A stretch of DNA of 64,000 bases from Torpedo marmorata. Taxonomy: Eukaryota. Position 1 is the first letter of the stretch. Every line of letters starts with the position of its first letter. Position numbers and translations under genes: made by a program. A model generated the notes under the pieces. It had not been told where the DNA came from and did not search any database. It saw nothing but the letters and a program-made list of their open reading frames with translations. The stretch lies in contig OZ360230.1 in the NCBI GenBank assembly GCA_977017645.1, positions 93,248,001 through 93,312,000 on the forward strand. Direction: 5' to 3'. This document shows positions 1-12,699 of the stretch, piece by piece.

Positions 1-2122
1 AATTTTTGATTCATTGCTGTAGGGCTTTAAGTATAATATACAAGTATAATATTCGGTGCAAAATTTAAGAAATTTATGTCATACGAAGCTGGTTAGTTCC
101 ATCTTGCATGATGGCGCACCAATTCTGGAGTTTCTCCAGCATTTGCTTGATAATAATTTACAATCTAATTCTTTTGGAGTGTGTTTCAACCAATTATGAT
201 ACATTTAATTTTGCTCATGAAGAATCAATTGGCGGTTATTAATCTATTTAGCAACTGTGTTCAACAAGTATTTGCGTTGCAGAATTCTGAAGCAAATATT
301 TTGTTAAGATGCAGTGAAAATTAAATAATGGGTGTCTCAAAGGTCAGGGCTATTCTTCGTCACAGTCCTTGATGTCCATCGTTCATCTTCTCATGACACC
401 AATATTGATTTATTTTCTCACCAGAATCATTATGGAGGAGTTAAAACTGTGATCAAATGGCCTGTTTTAGTTGCCATTGCAGATTTTGGAGATGAATCCA
501 GCTAAAATATGTGAGTAGCGTGCAGCATGACACGTCCTTCAGATAGGCCTGGTTTATATTGTTTGGTGGAAGGAAGAATGTAATGTAATTTATGAACAAA
601 CAACCAAGAGAAGGGATCTTCTGAGGGAAGTGATTCTCCGAAGGCCAGATCATTAGATCTATTTAAGGTGCAGATAGATGCAATTTGAAAGATTGAATAA
701 CTGGCACAGAAAAGGAGTTGAGGTCATCTTAAGTCAGCCATAATCATGTTGAAGGATAGGGCAGGCTTGAAGGGCCTGGTGGCTTATTCCTACACCTAAT
801 TTATTTTGCTCTTGTGGAAAGGGTTGTGATGCATAATCCTTTACCAATGCCAAGACATCTCTGGCTAGAGAAAATAATGACACCTTTTGATAACTATTTC
901 CTGGATCTTAGCTGTGCTTGACCACAATGGGAAATACAGATAAATGGCACACATCAGAAACCCAAAGAGAAGTGTGTCTGCATTTGTATCATGAGAAAGC
1001 CAAAATGGCGGTCACCACTTCTGTGCCCGATGGTATTCTTGTCATGGGGCCACTGATATCTTTTCTGTAGACCATTCAGAAGGTCTTGCATGCTCCTGAT
1101 TTGACAACTGTGCTGGACAAACCCAACATAGATCTTCAGGGCAAAATAATGGATTTTTCCAAGTAAGCTGCCACCTGCACACGTATGGGAACATCAACCC
1201 CTCTCTCTTTAATGGTCCACAAACAGCTTTCTTTCAGAAACTGAAGTATCTGCTTGCCTAAAGCCAGATGTTTCAGACCTTCCTATCAAAGTTGGGTCCT
1301 TCTTCATCCCCAATGCTTGTAGCTGCATGCTCCCCAGGTTTTGCCTGTTATCACATGCTTTCTTTTATTCTATCAATCTTTGCATTACTGTTTTTTTCAT
1401 TATTTTCTTCCAGTTTTGTTCATTTTTGTTTGTTTTTGTTGTGTTATTTTCTCATTCTTTCCTGCTTTATTCATTGCTTTTCTTCAGTCTTTTTTCATAA
1501 TCCTCTTTCCTCCACTCTCCCTCTTTATCTGAAAAACATACTTTGGCCTGAGGCCACAATCCCCTCAATTTTTTCCACTCTTGCATTTTTAAACATGGCC
1601 TTCTTAAATGAAGTCAGTAGCTTCAAATTTCTGTGTTTTTTGTGCACTGCTGTCAAACCTGGAGCATGTACAAACTCCAGAATGATCAACTGAATCATTA
1701 TCCTTCAGCCATGGATTTTGTGTTGAGTTGTGGGATTTTGAAATGTATGTGCACTGAATGCCAAATGCCTATGACTGTACAAGCAGTTTCTCAAGTCATA
1801 CAGCACAGAATTAAGTCGTTTGGCCCACTCTGTCAATGCTGACCATAAGTACCCATCTCTACTTACCCTATTGAACAGAATTTGGTTTGTATGTGAATGG
1901 ACATCAATGGAAAGAAGAATAATTTCCCATAAACACATTTTCACGAGGAGCTCTGTTAAGGTGTTTCTTTTATAAGCTGTGAGGTCATAGAACTTTGTGC
2001 AGAACAACCGTCAATACAGCACCACTAACTAGAAACATTTTGGAGTATGCATATTTTGCTGCTCTGCTTAGCATTGGGAAACATCATATATCTTTACTTT
2101 TGAAGATTTAAAATTTTTTTTA

Positions 2123-2369
2123 ATTTAGACATACAGCATGGTAACAGGCCATTTCAGCCCACGAGTCCGTGCCACCCAATTTACACCCAATTAACCTACA
2201 CCCCCAGTACGTTTTGAATGGTGGGAGGAAACCGGAGCCCCCGGGGAAAACCCACGCAGACACGGGGAGAACGTACAAACTCCTTACAGACTGCGCGGGA
2301 TTGAAACCCCGGTCCCGATCACTGGCACTGTAAAGGCGTTGTGCTAACTGCTACGCCAACCGTGCCGCC
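2123..2369 (-). mobile_element. tRNA-derived V-SINE (HE1-like), full length
   Basis: Reverse complement has a tRNA-like A/B-box head, the V-domain GGAGTTTGTACGTTCTCCCCGTGTCTGCGTGGGTTTT and a CR1-type tail GGCCTGTTACCATGCTGTATGTCT. Confidence 0.9.
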
Positions 2370-3324
2370 TCAGGTCTTTTCAAACAACATTATCATTATC
2401 TCTCTATGCTTCTAATATTCAGTCCCATTCCATTTTGTAATATGAAGCCATGAAAAAGCTTTAAGTTTGCTCTTTGTGTCCTGGTAATGCTAATTTCATC
2501 TGGGCTTTGAGGAAACCAAATTTGCCTTAAGATCAAGAATTAGAGAAGAAAAATATGCCAAGTGTTCTTTGTTTGATCAATATTTAATGACCTATACTTA
2601 ATGAGTGGACACCAGGAAATAAAAACCAGATCAAACTTGGCTGTGATCCAACTTTGAATCAAATCTGTTAAATTGAACCTTGTGTTCAATTCTGCTCACT
2701 TGAAATCCTGGAAAGGGCCATTTTCTTTCCGCTTTGTCCCAGCACATTGTAATTTGAAATATTGCTCAAACCAGCCTATAATTATTTCTCCTTCAATAAA
2801 AATAGTAAAAACCTTTCATATCTCTGTCTTGGTGTTCCTCCTCTGCCATGCAGTGAATTTCCACTCTTTGGTTTTGCATTCTATCAGGAAAGACCAAAAA
2901 GGATGGAGCTCTTTTTTTAATAAGTTATTGAGCTACAAAATAAAAAGATTGTCTGGGAGACTAAAAGACAGGGCTTTATGATAGTCACCAATAAATTCAA
3001 CAGGCAATTCAAGGGAATTTTTTAACCTGCAAACACTTAAACATCATTATAAGAAAGAGTTGAGGTAAATAGCAATGATGCATTTAAAAATTAACCCAGA
3101 TAATAGAGATGTATGATAGGGAGAGAGAAAACTCTTCAGGGTGTTCACCAGCTCATCAGTGTGAATTGTATGTAATTCGATGCAATGCAGTTACCTGCAT
3201 GGTTCATAAGGAATCTGTTTAAACCATACACATTTATGAGCTTCAATTAGGTCTATTATTTAAATTAATTTTTAGACTTCTATACTTGTAATATAGGTAA
3301 AGTGGCAGGTAATATTAGGATAGT

Positions 3325-3570
3325 AAGCTCCCACATTCACACCTGCCAATGATCAGGTCTGTTTTTAGTTGAGAGTTAAAACTATGGCCAAAACAACAGG
3401 AACAACCATTGCTCTTCTTCAAATGGTGCTGTGGAATCTTTTGCACCAACTTCAGAGGGCTGTTGAAACCTCTAGTTTAGCACCTTATGCAAAAGACGGT
3501 ATGTTCAACTCTGCTACAATTTATGGGTGTGCACTGGAAAATCAGGCGAGACATGCTCAGATCTCTAGCA
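3325..3570 (-). mobile_element. Ancient Deu-domain SINE remnant (SacSINE1/AmnSINE-like)
   Basis: TGCTCTTCTTCAAATGGTGCTGTGGAATCTTTTGCAC...GTTTAGCACCTTATGCAAAAGACGG...TGCACTGGA resembles the antisense Deu domain as recalled; highly diverged. Confidence 0.6.
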
Positions 3571-4583
3571 CGGGATAAAAAAGCAAATGCCTTGCCCATT
3601 AACCTGATGCTGAATATAGATTCCAGCAAAAAATGCAAATGTATAACCCCAAATGATATAACTACGCATAGAAAACATATCTTGTTGAATCTACAGCTCA
3701 TATTATAAAAAATGGGAAAAAATACAACTGAGAAATAAATGACCACAATATCATGAGGACATTTCTTTATGTGATCAATACTATTTACCAGCCTGTAGGT
3801 GTCTCGAGAATGGTGTAGGTTCGGAACCATCTGTCACCTGAAGTGGAATATGTTCAGATATACCCTTGGGGGCAAAACGCAAATAAATGCAATTTAGACA
3901 TCACATCCACTATAATATTCTACATGTCCAAAGGCTTAAGGCTTGACGACTCTTGCACTAAAGAAAAATGTGAAATCCTCTGCGTTCATTTAAAATAAAT
4001 TATGTTTGTATATCACTGAATTATTACAGCATAAAAAGGAGGCCATTCAACACACAAACTCCTAGTCGAGCAATCTCATCCATTCTATTGCCCACTCTTT
4101 CCCATAGTGCTGCAATTTATCTTCCCTCAACCCTGTTCAATTTCTTTTTGAAGGAAGCAATTGATTCCTGCTTCCATCACTACCTCTCGCATTGACTTTT
4201 CAGATGGTAGGTAATCTATTTCTGAAAAATGTTTGTTTTCTCATTCCTCAGATCGTTTGCTTAAGAATTTAAATCTCTGCCTGTTCATCCAAGAACCATC
4301 TGCTAATGGGAACAGCTTCTCTCTGTATACCCGGTCTGAACTGGCCATGATCTGGTGCATCTCTATCATATCTCCTCTCAGCCTCGTTCCAAGAACAATG
4401 CTCGATACTATAGTTTAAACTCATAGCTGACATTCCTTGTCACTGGAACTATTTTGATATTTTTTCTGCATCCTTTCTAGAGCTTTCATGTTCTTCTCAA
4501 GTTATGTTACCAGAATGGAATGGAGTACCTCTGCTGTGGCCCAAATGGTACGCTTAACGTTATCCCTGCTTTTATACACAGTA

Positions 4584-5813
4584 CGCCCTATCACATCGCC
4601 GATTACGTGAGTTAACTCTCCAAATTGGAGGGTAAAATCGCACGAATCGCACGGTGTGAAACGTCAAAACTGGGCAGGGCGAGTCAAAATCAACTGGGCT
4701 CTGATACATGGTAGGGGCAAATGTCAGAGCCCGGCCAAGTTAACTCACTAATCGCCTTCTGGCGGTGTGAATGGTCTACTCGACTTACCAGGTACCATTA
4801 ATGACGTTAGTGCCTGCGTGCTTGCGTCAGTCTGGCAGTTATATTTCACAGTGCGGCCGGCCGTGCTCTGACAGCCCCCCGCTCCGCTGCCTGAACCCCG
4901 CTGCCTGACAGACCCCGCTCCGCTGCCTGAACCCCGCTGCCTGACAGCCCTCTGCTCCGCTGCCTGAGCCCCGCTGCCTGAACCCTGCTGCCTGACAGCC
5001 CCGCCACCCCGCTCGCTTCCTCCTCCATTCCCCTCCCTCCCCACCCCTTCCCTCTCTTCCATTCCCCCTTCCTCTTGCCCCATCTCCCCCCTATCAGCCC
5101 CACACTGATCCCACCGCCCCGCTCCATCCCGACAGCCCCGTTGTCCCGGTGTGAGGGAGCCCCGTCGCGAGGGAGCCGTCGCCCCGGCATGAGGGAGCAG
5201 GGCGGGGGAGTGGGCGGCGTGAGGGAGCAGGGTGGGGGAGCGGGCGGCGTGAGGAAGCGGGCGGCATGAGGGAGCGGGGCGTGGGAGCGGGCGGCGTGAG
5301 GGAGCAGGACAGGGGAGCGGGCGGCATGAGGGAGCGGGGCGGGGAGCGGGCGGCATGAGGGAGCGGGGCGGGGAGCGGGCGGCATGAGGGAGCGTGAGGG
5401 AACTCAGATCATTAAATATTCCAATTGTAAACAATGATCTGACACGATGCACTTTCAAAAAATGTGTTAAATTGAAATAATGGAATAATTTTGTGTCATT
5501 TAAACAATGATTGCAAAACACCTATGTTTAATAAAATTTGTCAGGCATCTCGATTTAAAAAGCACTCCGAGTTAAACATTGTAATATAATATTCCAAAAT
5601 CTCTAATCTCATACCGGCTGGCCACGCTCAGCTGGGCTGTCAGAGCACTGAACGTAATACGTCACACGTGACATCACCGCTGGAGGCGGGACCCCTCTTA
5701 AAATCCCATTGCCGAATTACCTGCAAATAATGGTGCAGTGTGAAAGGCTCCCGAGTGCAGCATGCCCTGCAATTTCTCCCGTTTCCTAGGAGGGTTGGCA
5801 GTGTGAAAGGGGC
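4584..5813. mobile_element. Non-autonomous DNA transposon, probably PIF/Harbinger-like, with internal GC-rich minisatellites
   Basis: Imperfect TIRs cgccctatcacatcgcc / ggcagtgtgaaaggggc followed by TTA; internal GTGTGAAA sub-terminal motifs; CpG-rich relative to flanks. Confidence 0.55.
4865..5400. repeat. Two GC-rich minisatellite arrays (~35-bp unit at 4865-5000; ~29-bp unit GGGAGCGGGCGGCATGAGGGAGCGGGGCG at 5188-5400)
   Basis: Direct tandem units visible; they generate the Pro/Ala/Gly-rich spurious ORFs at 4748-5521. Confidence 0.9.
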
Positions 5814-5818
5814 TTATA

Positions 5819-6381
5819 TCGTATATACGCGTGCAATAGTTGATACCGTGTAAAAGTCGACCCCCTATTTTTGGCCTAAAAATCTGGTATTTTCCATATA
5901 TCGTGAGTAAAAGTCAACCCCCCTATTTTTGGCCCTGGCCACCCACCCACCGGAGCTCCTGACACCCCAACCGCTGTCTCTCGCCCAGGCCCTGTCCACC
6001 TGCCCACTGGAGCTCCAGGCGCCGCGACCACAGATTCTCGCCCAGGCCCGACCACTGTCTCTTGCATAGGCCCCGGCCACCCGCCCATCCGAGCTCCCAA
6101 CACCCCGACCGTGGACTCTCACCTAGACCCGTCGCTGGCCCACCGGAGCTTCCAAAGCCCCAACCGCCGTCTCTCACCTAGGCCCCAGCCTACCGCCCAT
6201 CCGTGTTCACAACATCCCGAACGCGGACTTACCACCCGGTCCCGGCCATTCAAGCTCCCAACACCTCGAACAACACAGGTACTTACAGCAGTTTAAAGTA
6301 GTATGCGTGTAATAGTCAACCCCCTAAATTTTACCCTAGAAATTGGTCCCCAAAACTCAACTATTACACGCATATATACGG
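5819..6381 (-). mobile_element. Tc1/mariner (Tc2/pogo-like) MITE, family A copy 1
   Basis: ~25-bp TIRs (c/t)cgtatatacgcgtg.aatagttga flanked by TA on both sides; internal ~53-bp GC-rich repeat. Strand is given relative to copy 2. Confidence 0.85.
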
Positions 6382-6383
6382 TA

Positions 6384-6850
6384 TTTGAAGTCTGCAGTTC
6401 TGGTTTCTGCATGTCAAGGATAATGTGGAGAATTTAGAGAGGGTGCAGAAGAGGTTCACCAGGGTGTTGCCAGGATTTGAAAGTATTAGCTGCAAGGAGA
6501 GTTTTCTCTGGAGCATCGGAGGCTGAGGGGCAACTTGAAAGTATATAAAATTATGAAAGGCGTAAGTAGCATAGATAGACAGACTAGAAGATATTAGTTT
6601 TGGGTGAGTGGGGGGAAAGTTTAAAGGAGATATGAGGCATTTTTTTTACATGCAGAGATTGGAAGGTGGTGCAGGGAATTGGCAGTAGCAGATGCAATGT
6701 TTAAAAGGCACTTACACATAAGCAGATAGGAAATAGAAGGACACAGACAACATGCAAGCAGATTAGATTGGTTATTTTGGAATCGTAGTCGGTGCAAACA
6801 TGGTGGACCAAAGAGTGTGTACTTATGTGGCACTGTTCCATATTCTAGAC
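6384..6850 (+). mobile_element. CR1 LINE 3' fragment
   Basis: GCAGTTCTGG...GAGAGGGTGCAGAAGAGGTTCACCAGG...GGAGGCTGAGGGG typical of the CR1 ORF2 end and 3' UTR. Confidence 0.8.
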
Positions 6851-7494
6851 ATTTTTCTGATGGTCAATCTGATGAATTACAAATCTTTTGTGCCTTTTAA
6901 AACCCTAGTATAGATGAAACAAGGCACTCCTATTGCTCAGAATAGCATGTGTGCGATTGATGGTTCGTATGATCTTTCTTCGTTCGCTATTTTAACAGAA
7001 CCAGGAGAGCACAGCTGGAGAAATTTCAAAGACAGGTTAAGCATTTGTTCAGTTATCATCAAAAGTCTTAACTAACAGCTTGATCCTGTGTGTTGAGGGG
7101 GGTTTGAATGATTACTTTCTTGTGCCATAAATAAAAGTAATACAAGTTGCAATATTTAAAAGAAAAAAATCATGTCTGAAAATATAAACCATTAGGAGCT
7201 TTGTGCTCTCCAGAAGATTTAGTTGATGATATTTAATCTGAGTTTGTAATCAGTCATGCTGCTATTGATTACAAAGCCATTTCATATACTTTATTTTCAA
7301 TGTTGCTCAAGCTAAGAGGCTGACGAGGCTATTCTGGATGTGCCATTGTGACAAACCAATATCCACAAGCAGCACACAAACAAAATGAATTGAAAACAGT
7401 TACAGTACAGAATTGGCTTGATGGTGGGACACAGTAAATGGGAGTGGAGGGTTCTTAGTCAGATCAGAGGCCTGTGACCAGTGATGTGCCACAG

Positions 7495-7732
7495 GTAAAG
7501 GTAAAGGTTCCATTATTGTCACATAATACTACATTTAGAATGTAACATACATGAAATTCTTTAATTTTTGTCAACCATAAGGCAGACAGAGGGTCGCTAT
7601 TTTTTGTCCAGCGCCCCTCACAGAAACCTACAGCACCTGGTGTTCCTTGGCAGTCTCTCCTCCAAGTACTGACCAGTCCTGTGCCTGCTTAGCTTCCGAG
7701 ATCAGACAATCCCAGTCGTATTCAGGCTATTG
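7495..7732 (-). mobile_element. 5S rRNA-derived SINE (SINE3) inserted in a CR1
   Basis: Reverse complement of 7624-7732 is 5S-like (TAGCCTGAATACG...TCTCGGAAGCTAAGCAGG...AGTACTTGGA...CCAGGTGCTGTAGGTTT). It is followed by ~130 nt ending TGTGACAATAATGGA(ACCTTT)n. Degenerate TSD gtgccacag/gtgctatag. Confidence 0.85.
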
Positions 7733-8421
7733 GTGCTATAGGGATTGATGCTGGGCCCATTGTCATTTGTCATCTGTATTAATGACTTGGATGATAATGT
7801 GGTCAGCATAATTAGTAAGTTTGTAGAAGGCTCAAAAATCAGCGGTATAGTGGACAGTGAAGAATGTTAGTTCTGGATGAACTGAGAAAGTGGGCCTAGG
7901 AATGGCAGATAGAATTTAACTCACACATGTGTTGCACTTTGGTAGGTTAAACCAGGGCAGGACTTGTACAGTGAATAATAGGGCCCAGGGAGATGTTGTA
8001 GAACAAAGAATTTTGGGGGTACAGGTACATGGTTCCATGAAGGTGGCAATGCAGGTAGAGAGAGTAGTGAAGGCGGCATTTGGCATGCTTCCCTTCATTG
8101 GTCAGGGCACTGAGTACAGGAGCAGGGACATCATATTACAACTGTACAGGATGTTTGTGAGGACCACACTTGGAATATTGCATTCAGTTCTGGTCACTTC
8201 ATTACAGGAAGGATGTGAAAGCTTTAGAGTGTGCAGAGGAGATTTACATGGATTGGAGAACATGTCTTGTGAAGCACGGTTGACAAAGATAGGGCTTTTC
8301 TCTTTGGAGTGACGAAGGATGAGAGGTGACTTAAGAGAGGAACATAAGATTAGGTAGGGTGGACCGCAGCACCTTTTCCCCGGGGCGACAATAGCAAATA
8401 CCAGAGGACATCTATTTAAAG

Positions 8422-8655
8422 CAGCCATTCTCAATGGGGGGAAAAGGGCATGCAGCCCACCTGGGGGCCACAGTACATTTAAGGGGGGGCCACAGACTGA
8501 AATCATAAAATATTTTTTATGTTTTTTATTTAGTCGATAGGAGAGAAGTATGGAAGAAACCAACTAAACTTGACTGATTCACAGGGAAGGGAGCCCATAA
8601 ACTGAGCAGAGTCCTAAGGGGGCCATAGCCAAAAGAAAAAGGTTGAGAATGGCTG
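8422..8655. mobile_element. hAT (Charlie-like) MITE inserted in CR1
   Basis: TIR CAGCCATTCTCAA/TTGAGAATGGCTG; 8-bp TSD atttaaag/gtttaaaa. Confidence 0.85.
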
Positions 8656-9469
8656 GTTTAAAATAAGTGGAGGAAAGTTTAGAGGAGATGTTAGAGGTAA
8701 GTTTTTTTTTGTTTTTTTTTACACAGAGAGTGGGGGTGCCTGGAATGCATTGCCAGGGGGTGGACACTGGTACCATAGGGATATTCAAAAGATAGATAGA
8801 TACATGGATGGAAGAAAAGAGGGTTATGTGTGTGAGGTAGGGAAGGATTATATTGTTGTGGAGTAGATTTACTGTATATACAGTAGGTCAGCCTGTACTT
8901 TGCTGTAAAGTTCCATGTTCTAAGATGAAAATTTGAACCTCCAATTCCGCTGATGATTGAATGGTCTATAATACAGTATTATCTTATTAACGTGGACACC
9001 CCTTTCTCGTTCCTCAGTTCCACCCATATATCCTCAGTAGACAAGCCCTGTGGTCTATCCTGTCAAAGCACTAGTGACATTTTCTCTGTCTCACGTTACC
9101 CCTCCCCTTCATCCTTCCTTCTCTATTCTGTCTAAAATAACAGAACCCCGGAACATTGTGCTGCCACAATGTCCTGGCTCTCCTGCAACCAAACCTCACA
9201 AATGGCTACGTCATAATTCCACATGTTGATCCATGCTCAAACTCATCCTCATTTCCTGCAATACTCCTTGCATTGAAAGATGCAACTCAGAACATTATTC
9301 CTACCATGCTCAACCTTTCAATTTCATCTGCAAGCTGGAGACTTACTGCCCTGTGGCTGGAGTTGCTCATGTGAAGTGATTCCCAAATAGGCAGCATTGC
9401 CTGATATCATTGTACTTGCACCTATCGTTCTCACGTTAACAACTTGCTCAAAGTTCCAAAAGTTCTAAG

Positions 9470-10346
9470 TTCAGATTTATTGTTAGAGTACACACATGAC
9501 ATCGCAGACCAAGCGAAATTTCTACTTATCAGTAGTGCAAAATTTTGTATTCAATAAAAGATATGTCTACAAAAGAGAGAAATGTAAACAAAGAAAGAAA
9601 TGTAAACAAATTAACTGTGCAATACAGAAAAAAAAATTCAGTGATAAATAAAGTGCAAAATAAGAGTCCTTAAATGAGTCTCTGTTGAGTTTGTTGTTTA
9701 GGAGTCTGGTGGTGGAGGAGTAGCAACTCATCCTGAACCTGGTGGTACGAGTCTTGTGGCACCTATACCTCTTTCCTGATGGCAGCAGTGAGAACAGAGC
9801 GTGTGCTGGGTGGTGTGGATACTTGATGATTGCTGCTGTTCTCCAAAGGCAGCATTCCATGTAGATTTTCTCGATGGTGGGGAGAGTTTTGCTTGGGATG
9901 TTCTAGGTTGTGTCCACTACCTTTTGCAGGGCTTTCCACTCAGAGGTATCGGTGCCCCCATACCAGGCCATGATGCAGCCGGTCAGCACACTTTCCACTA
10001 CACATCTGTAGAAGTTTGCCAAGGTTTCTGATGTCATCCCTCGCAAACCCATGAGGAAGTAAAGGCGCTGGTGTGCTTTCTTCAGAATAACGTTCGTGTG
10101 TTGGGTCCAGGAAAGGTCTTCTGAGATAGTGACTCCCAGGAATTTAAATTTTGCTCACCCTCTCCACCTCTGATCCCTCAATGATTACTGGATCGTACAT
10201 CTTTGGTGTTCCCTTCCTAAAGTCCACAATCAACTCCATGGTTTTGGTGACATTGAGTGCGAGGCTGTTGTTAGAACACCAGTCAGCCAGGTTTTCAATC
10301 TCCCTCCTGTACGCTGGCTGACTCATTGCCCCTTTTTATACAACCC
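9470..10346 (-). mobile_element. Rex1/Babar LINE 3' fragment
   Basis: ORFs 10144..10326 and 9567..9860 (AYRREIENL..W..NN...; HPAHALFSLLPSGKRYR); tail ACAATAAATCTGAA. Confidence 0.88.
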
Positions 10347-12699
10347 AATAAGTAGAGAAGCAGTAAATTGAGGACATTTTGAAACGTGCTGATTAACCTG
10401 TACTCGTTTTCTTTCTTCTATTCAATGGAAATACTGAAAGGCAGAGGATATGCAGTTATTTATTAGGGGCATGTTGCTTTTGTATTTGACATCGGTCTAA
10501 ATTTAACTCTTCCATAATGTGCAGAGGCATAAAAGAACAAACTCTGAAATTACAGTGTGAGTTTTACATGATAGATTAAAGCATTGACAATCAAATTCTG
10601 AAGTTTTGCTTTATTTATGTATGAAGTTTGAAATTGGTTTTAAAATTGTTCTTGGATGTGTTCTCCAGGCAGCAAAAAATGTAATCACATTACTTCTGAG
10701 CACCCAGTCTCAGGATAAATGTAATGCAGCTTCTGCAATATTTTGGGAGGAGGAAAATGTAACTACTGTCCTCCTGCCTCCAAATGCAGTTCTTTCCCTG
10801 AGCAGCATACTCACTGAAAGATACTGCCAATCCCAATGTGTGCAAACACTTTTTTTTCATCGTTTTTACATATTCTGCAAAAACAACTCCATCTTGTTCT
10901 CTGCGAACTATCTGCTGGCAGCTCTTCCTTGCCCTGTTGAAAAGAGGTCTGCATATTAAATTACCCAGATATATACTCGGGTAACTTGCTAAAAATAGTC
11001 AAATAATTGCCTTGAACTAATTTTCAGATGTTCCTGGTACTGCCTAAAATAAGTCTGTTTCTTTAAATTTGTAAATTGGGGGTCATTCAGTCTGATTACT
11101 CATCTGAAATAAAACTGATACCAGTGGGCAGACCATGCAAGAAGATTCAATAATTGCTGTCAGAAGGCAAGATTATTTTGTTAAAAAACATCCTTATTTG
11201 TTAGGTGTTTGAGTGCTCTGCATATACAGTTGTAATCACCTGCCTAACATAGTGGTGCCCGCACCTATTTAGCCATGTTGCCACTGGTGAGATATTTGGC
11301 CCAGAATTTGTTCTGTTCAGGTGAGCAAACTGCCTGCTTGCTGCTCACTCAGTAGATTTCTAGTCAATGATAGCGTGAAGGCAAGTGTGTGAAAATAGCA
11401 ATGAGGTGTGGTCACTGATTTTGAACTTTGATCTCTTTTCAGTTAATCCAGACTGAATGGGGTCAGTTTACTTGCCTCTTCCCTCTTCTCCAGCTTCTCA
11501 GTGCCCAGTAAGTAGCTTGCATGATAAACATTTTGGGTAGTGTTCAACCATGTACTACAAAATCTGACAGCCACTCAGCTTGGTACTGCAGGGCTTTTCT
11601 GATCTGTCGCTCCAGCAGAACGTTATCAAACAAAGAAATGATTATGGTGATCATTTTGTACAACTTTCAATGACAGCAGCCCTGTCATTATCAGGTAATC
11701 CATGTCACTAATCTCTTGGTTTATCATAGTAGCTGCTGAGAAATTGGCACAGGAAACTGCACAGAATGTATTCATTTGAGTTTTGAAGAATAGGGATCTG
11801 ACTTAAATGCACAAATTTCTGAGAGGCCTATAGATACTAGATGCAGGTGGAATGTTTTCCCAGGAAGGAGAGAGGGTGAAGTCTAGTCCATATTCAGGGC
11901 AAGACATCAAAGACTGGGAATGAGAGGGGGGAAAAAAATCACTCGGTGGGGCAGTGAACTTGTGGAACTCTCCCCCACAGAAGGCATTGTAACTGCTGTG
12001 ACACCACTTTTTAATCTTACACTAGGTTAACTGTGAATATTTATTACCTACATATATTTTGTATTTATAATCTCTTTTTAATTTAATGTATGCTATTGTA
12101 GTTTTATAATGCAAAGTACCTGTTTGGCTGCAGCAAGTAAGAATTTTGGTACAATGTGTATGACAATAAACTTGTTATCATCATTATCTGCGCAAGTAAA
12201 TTGTTGAAGGTATTTTGAGGCAGATACATTTCCAGATACACACAGAGTGGCAATAGGATATTGAGATAGCGAATCAACTCTAATTGCACAAATAGGCTCA
12301 AATGGCTGAATTGCCACCTTTTGTTCCCACTCTCTGTGCCCAAAGATATAGCAATCTTTGTCTTGAAGATGCTCAATGAGTCACCACAGGCTTCTTGGAT
12401 TTAAAAAAAATCCAAATATGCACCACCCATGAATGAAAACATTTCTTCTCCCTTCGTTCCTGAATGATTCACGCCTTTCTGAGATTGGGCCCCTTATCCT
12501 GGACACCCCAGTTCCGACAATCACAACGTCTGCAGACTTTCATGTTTCACTTCAACTAAAGGAACCAGCATCTTGTCCTTTGAACCAGTGCTGCAATGGA
12601 ACACCAAGAACAAGCCACAGCTACTGCCGTTTCCCTTACCCGTCTCATCTATTTGATAATGGACAGAATCTCAAGCTGGGAGAACGGTTCTGGCCAAAT

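Larger units (their letters stand above)
7412..8922 (+). mobile_element. CR1 LINE 3' half, host of the SINE3 and a hAT MITE
   Basis: ORF 7929..8312 (LHFGRLNQ...VKAAFGML...LQLYR). Confidence 0.85.

Noticed and set aside
4748-5521. Long Pro/Ala/Gly-rich ORFs (257 aa, 179 aa), also those at 30601-31291, 34750-35452 and 61024-61323
   Set aside because: Products of GC-rich or low-complexity tandem repeats inside MITEs, open in several frames.
6999-7035. 37-nt candidate micro-exon (aacag|...CAG|gttaag); similar candidate at 483-510
   Set aside because: Splice-like signals only; no recognisable protein and no supporting neighbouring exons.
7624-7732. Functional 5S rRNA gene
   Set aside because: Many substitutions, eroded 5' end, fused to a LINE-like tail and inserted in CR1.
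1-12600. PLEKHB2 exons upstream (and ARHGEF4 exons downstream) expected from mammalian synteny
   Set aside because: No recognisable peptide found by eye.
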